A stretch of DNA of 23,451 nucleotides, filler included, from an uncultured virus (IMG/VR IMGVR_UViG_2049941000_000079) (lineage: Duplodnaviria; Heunggongvirae; Uroviricota; Caudoviricetes). It is 7 parts of one record of this genome, joined end to end, with 100 filler letters (N's around TTAATTAATTAA, not from the genome) between each part and the next. Parts side by side here need not be neighbours in the genome. Positions count along the whole stretch, not along the records: positions 13,830 to 20,807 come from IMGVR_UViG_2049941000_000079; positions 20,908 to 22,598 come from IMGVR_UViG_2049941000_000079; positions 22,699 to 23,045 come from IMGVR_UViG_2049941000_000079; positions 23,146 to 23,451 come from IMGVR_UViG_2049941000_000079; 3 more parts are not named here. The stretch is one strand, 5' to 3'. Below the pieces are notes generated by a model. The model was not told the origin of the DNA, ran no database searches, and was given only the letters and a program-made list of their open reading frames with translations. The translations under genes were made by a program, and so were the position numbers. Every line of letters starts with the position of its first letter. Positions within the stretch are counted from its first letter, which is position 1. Below, in pieces: positions 16,363 through 23,451 of this stretch.

Positions 16363-17264
16363 ACGACATCGGGAAAAGAATCACAGACAAGCTTATAGAG
16401 ATATATGGATCCAAAGACTTCAAGATTGCATTTCTTCCGTACAAGCGCAGCATGTGGAACAGCATGGAGTCGGTATATGAAGAATGCAAGGCAGCGGGCG
16501 CAAAAGCCTATTTGGTGCCGATACCATATTTTGAGGTAAAAAACGGTGAAACTGTACGTCTTAAATGCGATAGACAATACTTTTCGGGAGCAAACAGGCT
16601 GTCATTCTTAGAAACAAATATATTTGACTTCGTTGTCATTCACTATCCATACGACGATCACAACAAGGTCACAAGGCTTCCAGAGCAGTTTTATATTCAG
16701 AATCTTCGCAAATACGGCAAGATTATATATATTCCATACTCATGCACGAATATGAGACAGCTCAGGATTCAGCCGGGGATCGCAAATATCGATTATGCTT
16801 TTCTCGGATCTGAAGCGGAAGCCGAAGCGTTCATCCGGGAGTGGAAAGAGTATGGAGTAGACTTCACAGGAAAAGTGTTCGGATTCGGATCTCCGAAGAT
16901 GGATGCAGCTCAAAAACTCTCCTCCGGATCTGCGACAGTCATCCTGAACTCGCTCGGACCGTTCCTGACAAATCCGTTCGGGAAGATGAAACAATATTCC
17001 GACATCATGCTAGAGGAAACAGCAAAGGACAAGGAAGTCATCTTCAGGCCGCATCCGCTGTTAAGGCAGACAATCGAGAGCATGAGACCGGACACGGAAA
17101 GAGAATATCTGTCACTGTTAAATTTTGCGGGACATGTAGGGGTTGAAGTGGACGAATCAGAGGATCTTGAAAAGACACTCGGAAGAGCTGACTATCTGAT
17201 AAGCGATCCGTCAAGCGTCTTGGAGATGTGGGCAAGCACAGGAAGGAGATATCAAGTCATATGA
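16359..17264 (+). CDS. GT-B-fold CDP-glycerol glycerophosphotransferase/glycosyltransferase-like protein
   Basis: FLPYKRSMWNSMESVY, IHYPYDDHNKVT, IYIPY, FGSPKMD, IFRPHPL and ADYLISDPSS match TagB/TagF-like GxPxxD, xxHP and DxLISDxSS motifs. Confidence 0.75.
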   Translation: MNDIGKRITDKLIEIYGSKDFKIAFLPYKRSMWNSMESVYEECKAAGAKAYLVPIPYFEVKNGETVRLKCDRQYFSGANRLSFLETNIFDFVVIHYPYDDHNKVTRLPEQFYIQNLRKYGKIIYIPYSCTNMRQLRIQPGIANIDYAFLGSEAEAEAFIREWKEYGVDFTGKVFGFGSPKMDAAQKLSSGSATVILNSLGPFLTNPFGKMKQYSDIMLEETAKDKEVIFRPHPLLRQTIESMRPDTEREYLSLLNFAGHVGVEVDESEDLEKTLGRADYLISDPSSVLEMWASTGRRYQVI

Positions 17265-17395
17265 GCATATTCCATGATGACAGACAATTCAGCGATGATG
17301 AAAGCGAATACATGGCATGGAAATCAGAGCTTGAAAGAGAATGCCGCAAGGATGATTATGAGCCTGAAAGAGACGAAGGGGAAGAAGATGAATGA
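17261..17395 (+). CDS. Small acidic protein (44 aa)
   Basis: ATGA coupled; RBS GGAAGGAG; MSIFHDDRQFSDDESEYMAWKSELERECRKDDYEPERDEGEEDE*. Confidence 0.65.
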   Translation: MSIFHDDRQFSDDESEYMAWKSELERECRKDDYEPERDEGEEDE

Positions 17396-17813
17396 GGGAC
17401 AGAAAAGAGCGGATAATTATTTAAGGGCGATCAAAGAAGACGAACATCGTCTCCGTGAACTACTTCGGCGGATAGAATTCCTAAAATACAGAGCAACAGG
17501 CGGCGGAGCGATCAGATATGACAAGGATCATGTCCAGACGACTCCGGAAGATATATTGTCGAAGTCAATGGCTGAAGCCGTAGATCTGGAGCATAGAGTC
17601 GAGAAGATCCGGGAAGATATAGAGGACAGATGGATAATATTCCACGATATCATCCAGAAGTGGAACGGAACCACAACTCACGCATATGTCTTGATGTTCA
17701 GTTATATGACACCGAGAACAGTGCGTGAAATCGCGCAGATAATAGACAAGTCAGATCGTCAGGTATACCGAATAAAGCTTGAAGCACTTGAACTGTTTTC
17801 GAATGAATTGTAG
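17388..17813 (+). CDS. RinA/ArpU-like late transcriptional activator
   Basis: ADNYLRAI...AIRYDKDHVQTTP...VREIAQIIDKSDRQVYRIKLEALELF (sigma-4-like HTH); last gene before the HNH. Start moved to 17388. Confidence 0.8.
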   Translation: MNEGQKRADNYLRAIKEDEHRLRELLRRIEFLKYRATGGGAIRYDKDHVQTTPEDILSKSMAEAVDLEHRVEKIREDIEDRWIIFHDIIQKWNGTTTHAYVLMFSYMTPRTVREIAQIIDKSDRQVYRIKLEALELFSNEL

Positions 17814-17831
17814 AAAATTAAAAAATAACAC

Positions 17832-17861
17832 TTGATGTCATACTACATGTAGTGGTATAGT
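17832..17861 (+). promoter_or_regulatory. Probable late promoter
   Basis: TTGATG...TG-G-TATAGT (17856-17861) with perfect palindrome ACTACATGTAGT 17842-17853, directly after the activator gene. Confidence 0.6.
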
Positions 17862-17906
17862 AAAGGCGCAAAGATGTGAAGATCATATAGCAAAAACTCC
17901 AAAACG

Positions 17907-17937
17907 AAAGGGATTCGCCAGGCGGCGGATCCTTTTT
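17907..17937 (+). terminator. Terminator-like hairpin in the late leader
   Basis: AAAGGGATTCGCC-AGGC-GGCGGATCCTTTTT. Confidence 0.65.
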
Positions 17938-17949
17938 GCGTTATGAATT

Positions 17950-18282
17950 ATGTCGATGAGAATAGACGCTCCGGAAGAGCAGAAGCGATTCTACAAGTCA
18001 AAAGCATGGCAGCGATGCCGCGCAGCTTATATCTCTTTTGTCGGTGGTTTATGTGAGAGATGTCTTGCAAGGGGATTCGTCGTTCCGGGATATATAGTTC
18101 ATCACAGGGAGTATATCGATGTGAACAACATCACGGATCCGAACGTCTTATTGTCTTTTGATAACTTGGAACTCTTATGTCAGAAGTGTCACAATCAAGA
18201 ACACTTCGAAGAGCACAAACGATACGCAATCAATGCGGACGGCTCTGTCTCGCTCATCCCCCCCGGTCACGGCTCAAAATAG
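17950..18282 (+). CDS. HNH endonuclease, packaging-associated (HK97 gp74-like)
   Basis: FYKSKAWQRCR...GLCERC...IVHH...DNLELLCQKCHNQEH. Confidence 0.9.
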   Translation: MSMRIDAPEEQKRFYKSKAWQRCRAAYISFVGGLCERCLARGFVVPGYIVHHREYIDVNNITDPNVLLSFDNLELLCQKCHNQEHFEEHKRYAINADGSVSLIPPGHGSK

Positions 18283-18310
18283 GGCCTTTTGGAGAAGGGG
18301 GTGTAGCTTG

Positions 18311-18775
18311 ATGGGGGACGATGTAGCCCCGACACTGATCAGCAGATATGAATCACAGACAGGAAACACACAGGATAAATTGAACGTCATGCAGAACGAA
18401 CAAAACACAGTGGTCAGAAGATTAACTCCTCTCGAATGCGAACGATTACAGGGATATCCGGACGGATGGACAGACATCGGAGAGTGGATAGACACTAAAG
18501 GAAAAAAACATAAGGACGCAGACAGTCCGAGATATAAAGCACTCGGAAATAGTATCGCCCTTCCGTTTTGGGAATGGATGGCGGGAAGAATGGTCAACCA
18601 ACTCAAAAAAGACGGAACAGAAAATCCGACAATGGCAAGCTTATTTGATGGAATCGGCGGCTTTCCGCTTGTGTTCAGCCGATGCGGATGTTCTCCGGTA
18701 TGGGCAAGCGAGATCGAGGAATTCCCGATCGCGGTAACAAAAAGACATTTTGATGAAAGGAGCGGACATGAATGA
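18311..18775 (+). CDS. C5-cytosine DNA methyltransferase portion with motif order IX-X-I-II-III
   Basis: RRLTPLECERLQGYPD (IX), YKALGNSIA (X), ASLFDGIGGF (I), WASEIEEFPIAVTKRHF (II-III); RBS-like AAGGGGGTG before ATG 18311. Confidence 0.85.
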   Translation: MGDDVAPTLISRYESQTGNTQDKLNVMQNEQNTVVRRLTPLECERLQGYPDGWTDIGEWIDTKGKKHKDADSPRYKALGNSIALPFWEWMAGRMVNQLKKDGTENPTMASLFDGIGGFPLVFSRCGCSPVWASEIEEFPIAVTKRHFDERSGHE

Positions 18776-19264
18776 AATAATGACATTCAACAACATGGAG
18801 TTCGGGAAGATCCGAACAATCGAGAAGGACGGAGAGCCTTGGTTCCTTGGAAGAGACATCACGGAAGCTCTGGGGTACCAAAACGGTAGTAGAGATATTG
18901 ACAGACACGTTGACCAAGAAGATATAACAACTGAACAGATCGTTCTGTCAGGTCAAAGAAGAGAAGTGATCCTCATCAACGAGAGCGGACTGTATTCTCT
19001 GATCATGGGCAGCAGGCTTCCAAATGCCAAGAAGTTCAAAAGATGGGTGACATCGGAAGTCCTTCCGCAGATCCGGAAGACGGGCGGCTATCATCTCCCG
19101 CAGACATATTCCGAAGCATTGAGAGCTCTCGCAGAAAAGGCGGAACAGAACGAAAAGCTTCTCGCGGATAATCAGCGTATGAGACCGAAAGAGATATTTG
19201 CTGATGCAGTAGCGGCAAGCAAGACATCGATCCTGATCGGAGAGCTTGCGAAGCTCATCACCCA
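18768..19264 (+). CDS. BRO-N plus KilAC antirepressor (3' truncated)
   Basis: FGKIRTI...EPWFLGRD...INESGLYSLI...AKKFKRWVTSEVLPQIRKTGGY...PKEIFADAV; RBS GAAAGGAG. Confidence 0.92.
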
Positions 19265-19274
19265 NNNNNNNNNN

Positions 19275-19465
19275 AATATTGGGTGCGTGATGATGGAGTA
19301 AAAATGTTCGGTCAATGGGTGATCGTGGCGGCGCATCCGAGTAAGACACGATACACATTTGTCGATACGTCACTAGGGCAGGGAATTATACTTGATTTTC
19401 ATACAACACCAAACACGGAGCTTTACGATATAGCTACTTCATGGGGGAAAGGTGGTAAAAAATGA
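19275..19465 (+). CDS. Hypothetical protein (5' end probably in gap)
   Basis: Open frame ending in ATGA overlap with the next gene. Confidence 0.55.
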
Positions 19466-19752
19466 GTGATTGGAAGGATTGCGAACACATATTTTCAAAT
19501 GGTACAGAGTTTGAAATCTTCTACGGTCAATGCTTGAAGTGTACTCGATTCCGTAACGAGAAGTGCCGGATATTGCAAAGAATCATTCAGGCGATGTGGG
19601 ATGAATCGAAATTCCCGTACAAGGACTTACAGGATCATGTGAAATATGGCGGTAAGCGGTGCAAATCGTTCACTACGGAAAAAACAAAAACAGAACGGCA
19701 TAAAAAACCCGTTCCCGGTCAGATCAGTATGTTTGAAGGAGAGAGAGCATGA
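19462..19752 (+). CDS. Hypothetical Cys-containing protein
   Basis: FSNGTEF...QCLKC...PGQISMF; coupled; RBS AAGGTGG. Confidence 0.8.
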   Translation: MSDWKDCEHIFSNGTEFEIFYGQCLKCTRFRNEKCRILQRIIQAMWDESKFPYKDLQDHVKYGGKRCKSFTTEKTKTERHKKPVPGQISMFEGERA

Positions 19753-20072
19753 AAGATTATAAACATATAGAACACATGAGAAACCTTAACGATAGCCTTA
19801 TATGGGAGCGCATGAAGCGTTGTTATGACTATGGCTATGAGGATGGACAGAAAGAAAAAAAACAGACCGAAGATGAGATCAAGGTCGGATATGAGGTATA
19901 CAACCTTGATCCAGAGAATAAGCGCATAGTAACTGCAATAGATGGAGATAAGGCTATTCAGTTGTGCAGTAATGGCAAATATACGGTAGACAACATAGAC
20001 ACACTTCATTGGACGGGCAGAGAAGATTTGAGGATAAAAAAAGTGTTGGAGAAGATTACAAATGAAGTATAA
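19749..20072 (+). CDS. Hypothetical protein
   Basis: 107 aa; ATGA coupled. Confidence 0.78.
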   Translation: MKDYKHIEHMRNLNDSLIWERMKRCYDYGYEDGQKEKKQTEDEIKVGYEVYNLDPENKRIVTAIDGDKAIQLCSNGKYTVDNIDTLHWTGREDLRIKKVLEKITNEV

Positions 20073-20253
20073 AGCCAAAGAGTGCCGATGTTGGGTTGAA
20101 TATCCGAACGAAGCTTATAAGAAACGTAACGGAGAATGGAAGTGCATAGATCAGTACAAGTGCATAATGCAGGGCGATTGGAAACATAAAACCCGGTGCG
20201 TACTGAAAGAAGGAGATAATGTTTTAGATAAGATGGGGGAAGTAGATGGTTAA
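20062..20253 (+). CDS. Hypothetical Cys-containing protein
   Basis: 63 aa; overlaps both neighbours. Confidence 0.7.
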   Translation: MKYKAKECRCWVEYPNEAYKKRNGEWKCIDQYKCIMQGDWKHKTRCVLKEGDNVLDKMGEVDG

Positions 20254-20437
20254 AATAACACAAAGTTTGGCACATTGGTTGTTTGAGAATGGATATGAGA
20301 AGGAAATGGCACTTATCTCATTCGGGCATGTTGAATTATTTACTTCGGATATGCAAAAAGAGTATTTGAAGTGGTGCGATACTGAAGATGGAAAACAGTA
20401 TTTAAAAGGTGGAATTTACTATACAGAGCCAAGTTGA
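20246..20437 (+). CDS. Hypothetical protein (homolog at 22708..22832)
   Basis: HWLFEN...FGHVELFTSDMQKEYLKW shared with the second copy. Confidence 0.78.
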   Translation: MVKITQSLAHWLFENGYEKEMALISFGHVELFTSDMQKEYLKWCDTEDGKQYLKGGIYYTEPS

Positions 20438-20451
20438 GAGGGGGATAAGGA

Positions 20452-20682
20452 ATGATAGAACAGTTATTAGGACATCCAATATACATAGCCACTAAAAAAA
20501 TACAGCGCAGAAAACACCGTAAGGCTCGTATAAACAAGAAATGGCAAAAGAGATACGGATATTATGAGTACAATATGATGCCGCATGGGGAAATCTATGT
20601 AATGGAAAGAAGTGGTGTGATTTGGATGACAGAAAAAACGTATAGAGAGTTATGGTTTAGACAAAAGGCGCATACAGAATGA
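20452..20682 (+). CDS. Hypothetical basic protein
   Basis: QRRKHRKARINKKWQKRYG motif. Confidence 0.78.
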   Translation: MIEQLLGHPIYIATKKIQRRKHRKARINKKWQKRYGYYEYNMMPHGEIYVMERSGVIWMTEKTYRELWFRQKAHTE

Positions 20683-20697
20683 AAGGGGGAAGGGAGT

Positions 20698-20807
20698 ATG
20701 AAAGCAAGCGAGTTATCAGATGAAGGGTTAGCGGCTATATTGAGAGCAATAGCGTTCACATCGAACTTGTTATCTGATGAAAAGGAATATGTCAACGAAG
20801 CGGCTGA
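20698..20807 (+). CDS. Allele of 16222..16362 (truncated)
   Basis: MKASELSDEGLAAILRAIAFTSNLLSDEKEYVNEAA. Confidence 0.78.
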
Positions 20808-21033
20808 NNNNNNNNNNNNNNNNNNNNNNNNNNNNNNNNNNNNNNNNNNNNTTAATTAATTAANNNNNNNNNNNNNNNNNNNNNNNNNNNNNNNNNNNNN
20901 NNNNNNNAGATCAAATTGACCCTGATAAAAAAGGGATTTATCACACATATACTTGCAGAAAATGTAAAGCAAGGATAAGTGTTTACGAACTAAATCAGAC
21001 CCAGAGAGAAGAACTGATAGAGAGAACTACAAC

Positions 21034-21966
21034 GTGAGAATCGGACTAATAGATGTAGATGGACATAATTATCCAAATTTACCGCTGATGAAGATAAGTG
21101 CGTACCACAAGTCGCAGGGAGATCACGTTGAATGGTATGAGCCGATGTTTTCAGGGCATATGGATAAGGTTTATATGAGTAAGGTTTTCTCGTTCACGCC
21201 GGACTACGAATATTTCATTGATGCAGACGAGATCATAAAAGGTGGTACGGGATATGCGATTTCTTTAGGGGGGGGGCGAGAGCATTACGATAAATCAAAG
21301 GATAAGCCGCTTCCTGATGAGGTAGAGCATATATACCCTGATTATTCGCTCTATCCTGAATACACGAAGGACACGGCATACGGATTCTTAACAAGGGGAT
21401 GTCCTAGAGGTTGCGGATTTTGTCATGTGGCGGCAAAGGAAGGTAAGTGTTCATATAAGGTAGCGGATTTATCGGAGTTTTGGCGAGGACAGAAGAACAT
21501 AGTGTTGTGTGATCCGAACATCTTGGCTTGTAAAGATCACATAGAGCTTCTTCAACAACTTGCGGATAGTAAGGCAACAGTAAACTTCAATCAAGGTTTA
21601 GACATCCGGCTGATAACAGATAAAAACCTTGAATTGCTGAAACAAATTAAGTTAGATCACATACATTTTGCGTTTGATCGGTGGCAAGACAAAGACATCA
21701 TTGAACCGAGATTACGGAAGTTCATAAAAGAAACCGGGTACAGCAGGGGCAAAGGAAGGGTATTAGTTTACATACTATGCAATTATGACACAACGATTGA
21801 ACAAGATATGTACCGCATACAGTTGTGTAGGGAGTTAAACATAAGTCCATACCCGATGATTTATGACAAGGAACACGCTGATCCGATATATCGAAAGATT
21901 CAGCGTTGGTGTAACAATATAGTGTTTTGGAGCGTACCGAGGTTTGAGGACTACGCATATAAGTGA
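21034..21966 (+). CDS. Radical SAM protein
   Basis: TRGCPRGCGFC (CxxxCxxC); N-terminal PNLPLMKIS...GGTG segment; FNQGLDIRL; GTG start. Confidence 0.9.
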   Translation: MRIGLIDVDGHNYPNLPLMKISAYHKSQGDHVEWYEPMFSGHMDKVYMSKVFSFTPDYEYFIDADEIIKGGTGYAISLGGGREHYDKSKDKPLPDEVEHIYPDYSLYPEYTKDTAYGFLTRGCPRGCGFCHVAAKEGKCSYKVADLSEFWRGQKNIVLCDPNILACKDHIELLQQLADSKATVNFNQGLDIRLITDKNLELLKQIKLDHIHFAFDRWQDKDIIEPRLRKFIKETGYSRGKGRVLVYILCNYDTTIEQDMYRIQLCRELNISPYPMIYDKEHADPIYRKIQRWCNNIVFWSVPRFEDYAYK

Positions 21967-21976
21967 GGACAACAAC

Positions 21977-22261
21977 ATGATATTCGGAATCAAGACAAAG
22001 AAAGACAAGCGAATAGAAGAATTAGAGCAGATGTTATATATGTCGTACTACAAGACACCCAGAATTATTAGTAGTGAGAAGAATATTATCAAACTTGCGA
22101 CAAAGACAATGTTCGTGACAAGTGATCCTATTGAGTACATAAAAAAGGACATCGCACGGAAAATGATAGATGAAATAGAACAGTACATACATTATGACGT
22201 TGAAGAAGGCGAACGAGATCATAAGGTATTAACGGGATATTTGCGGATTGTAAAAGATTGA
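21977..22261 (+). CDS. Hypothetical protein
   Basis: RBS GAGG; MIFGIKTKKDKRIEELE. Confidence 0.75.
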   Translation: MIFGIKTKKDKRIEELEQMLYMSYYKTPRIISSEKNIIKLATKTMFVTSDPIEYIKKDIARKMIDEIEQYIHYDVEEGERDHKVLTGYLRIVKD

Positions 22262-22270
22262 GAGGACAGC

Positions 22271-22450
22271 ATGACAAACGGAGAGATATTAAAGACATTC
22301 GGAGAGAAATACCCAAAGTTAAGGGTAAAAGATTATAGACCGCTTTGCCCGGAACTGTTCACACATGACTTGGTAGGTATAACGATATGGTTGGAAAACG
22401 GGGATGTAATACAGTATTACCCCAAAGAAGCGCAGGGAGATAAGGGATGA
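22271..22450 (+). CDS. Hypothetical 59-aa protein (allele of 14000)
   Basis: MTNGEILKTFGEKYPKLRVKDYRP...YYPKEAQGDKG*. Confidence 0.8.
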   Translation: MTNGEILKTFGEKYPKLRVKDYRPLCPELFTHDLVGITIWLENGDVIQYYPKEAQGDKG

Positions 22451-22598
22451 AAAATCGCGTACTAATGATATTGGCAACAGTAGTGTTAACCGCCGGACTA
22501 GGAAGGATTCAGTACGGAGATCACACGGAAACGTGGTACAACTTGCCTATGAATAGGTGCGTACAACGGGCGCAGGACATGGGGGATAGTGAAGGTTA
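22447..22598 (+). CDS. Secreted or membrane-anchored protein (truncated)
   Basis: Signal-peptide-like MKNRVLMILATVVLTAG; ATGA coupled. Confidence 0.65.
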
Positions 22599-22707
22599 NN
22601 NNNNNNNNNNNNNNNNNNNNNNNNNNNNNNNNNNNNNNNNNNTTAATTAATTAANNNNNNNNNNNNNNNNNNNNNNNNNNNNNNNNNNNNNNNNNNNNGG
22701 ATAAGGA

Positions 22708-22832
22708 ATGACTAAATTAACGTGTAGTCTTGAACATTGGTTGTTTGAAAATCATAAAGACAAGTTAGGTTTGATACTTTTTGGGCATGTTGAATTATTT
22801 ACTTCGGATATGCAAAAAGAGTATTTGAAGTG
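22708..22832 (+). CDS. Homolog of 20246..20437 (truncated)
   Basis: MTKLTCSLEHWLFENHKDKLGLILFGHVELFTSDMQKEYLK. Confidence 0.75.
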
Positions 22833-22842
22833 NNNNNNNNNN

Positions 22843-22898
22843 TCCGTCTCGATCATATACGGGATATTGTAAAGCTGTAAAGCTTCTTGCAATCTCAT
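22843..22898 (-). CDS. Start of a hypothetical gene downstream of the RHH-like gene
   Basis: RBS AAGGGGTG then MRLQEALQLYNIPYMIET, cut by gap. Confidence 0.5.
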
Positions 22899-22902
22899 AT
22901 AA

Positions 22903-23210
22903 TCACCCCTTTTTGTCAAGTTCCTTTTTCACTACATTATTTATGAAACTGTTAACGGATAGCCCCGTTGCTTTGATCCGTTCTTTAGTTCCCTTTGGTA
23001 GTGTAACACTTACTCGATCAAAACTTCCTTTTATATATTCGTTTTNNNNNNNNNNNNNNNNNNNNNNNNNNNNNNNNNNNNNNNNNNNNTTAATTAATTA
23101 ANNNNNNNNNNNNNNNNNNNNNNNNNNNNNNNNNNNNNNNNNNNNCTTTGGTATTGTTTTTTCTGCCGTTCGAGCGCGGCTAGTGCTTTTTTTTCTGTCT
23201 CTTTGTCCAT
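22903..23210 (-). CDS. Ribbon-helix-helix-like DNA-binding protein split by a linker
   Basis: 23210-23146 MDKETEKKALAALERQKKQYQ; 23043-22903 NEYIKGSFDRVSVTLPKGTKERIKATGLSVNSFINNVVKKELDKKG*. Confidence 0.7.
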
Positions 23211-23240
23211 GTTTAACACTTCCTTCCTATATGTAAAATA

Positions 23241-23329
23241 ATTGCATAAATATAGTTACACTATCATACTACACCCCCAAAAAAGAAAAATCAACATAAA
23301 TTATATTATTGTAGCATATTGCATAAATA
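23241..23329 (-). promoter_or_regulatory. Promoter of the RHH-like gene flanked by 12-bp direct repeats
   Basis: Minus strand TTGATT (23294-23289), 17 bp, TAGTAT (23271-23266); ATTGCATAAATA at 23241-23252 and 23318-23329. Confidence 0.6.
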
Positions 23330-23360
23330 CGGATAACTTGACTTGTGCANNNNNNNNNNA

Positions 23361-23451
23361 CCTGACAAGGCACAGTTCTTCTCACAGAAGTTCAATGTGA
23401 AATTACCGCAGAACATAAACACCGGGTACGATGCCGTACAGTTTATGCTTA
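23361..23451 (+). CDS. Fragment of a small Gln/Asn/Pro protein, possibly an upstream gene of the 531-1843 module
   Basis: PDKAQFFSQKFNVKLPQNINTGYDAVQFML; link to the module is from recall only. Confidence 0.4.

Noticed and set aside
18158..18310. N-terminal extension of the C5-MTase ORF
   Set aside because: Out-of-frame overlap with the HNH gene; no MTase motifs in this part.
1007..22316. Numerous minus-strand track ORFs
   Set aside because: Antisense shadows of well-supported, translationally coupled plus-strand genes.
2245..23145. Recurrent TTAATTAATTAA as a biological repeat
   Set aside because: Always embedded in fixed-length N runs; it is a six-frame-stop assembly linker.
1..23451. 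tRNA, rRNA, CRISPR array, integrase, CI repressor, structural genes
   Set aside because: None recognisable in the window; they may lie in gaps or neighbouring sequence.

Overview
Early, replication and accessory region of a temperate tailed phage (or prophage), probably of a Clostridia/Lachnospiraceae-type host. The sequence is not one contiguous genome. It is a set of fragments joined by 10-N spacers and N44-TTAATTAATTAA-N44 linkers, with genes split out of order and near-identical alleles appearing twice, as expected of a linearised graph or pangenome of related phages. Contents: the 3' half of a group I intron with an embedded homing-endonuclease ORF (1-530) interrupting a Cys-rich coiled-coil gene of an uncharacterised multi-gene module; a candidate sRNA and attP-like site; a DUF739 Cro-like gene, two antirepressors and an excisionase-like HTH; RecT, PD-(D/E)XK exonuclease and RusA-like recombination genes; a replication initiator with internal iterons and a DnaC-like loader; pieces of three or four DNA methyltransferases; a radical SAM protein; a GT-B glycerophosphotransferase-like gene; a RinA/ArpU-like late activator; a packaging-type HNH nuclease; and many small hypothetical ORFs. 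The strongest unannotated signal is the group I intron and the module it interrupts. All family calls come from motif recognition by eye; no searches were run.
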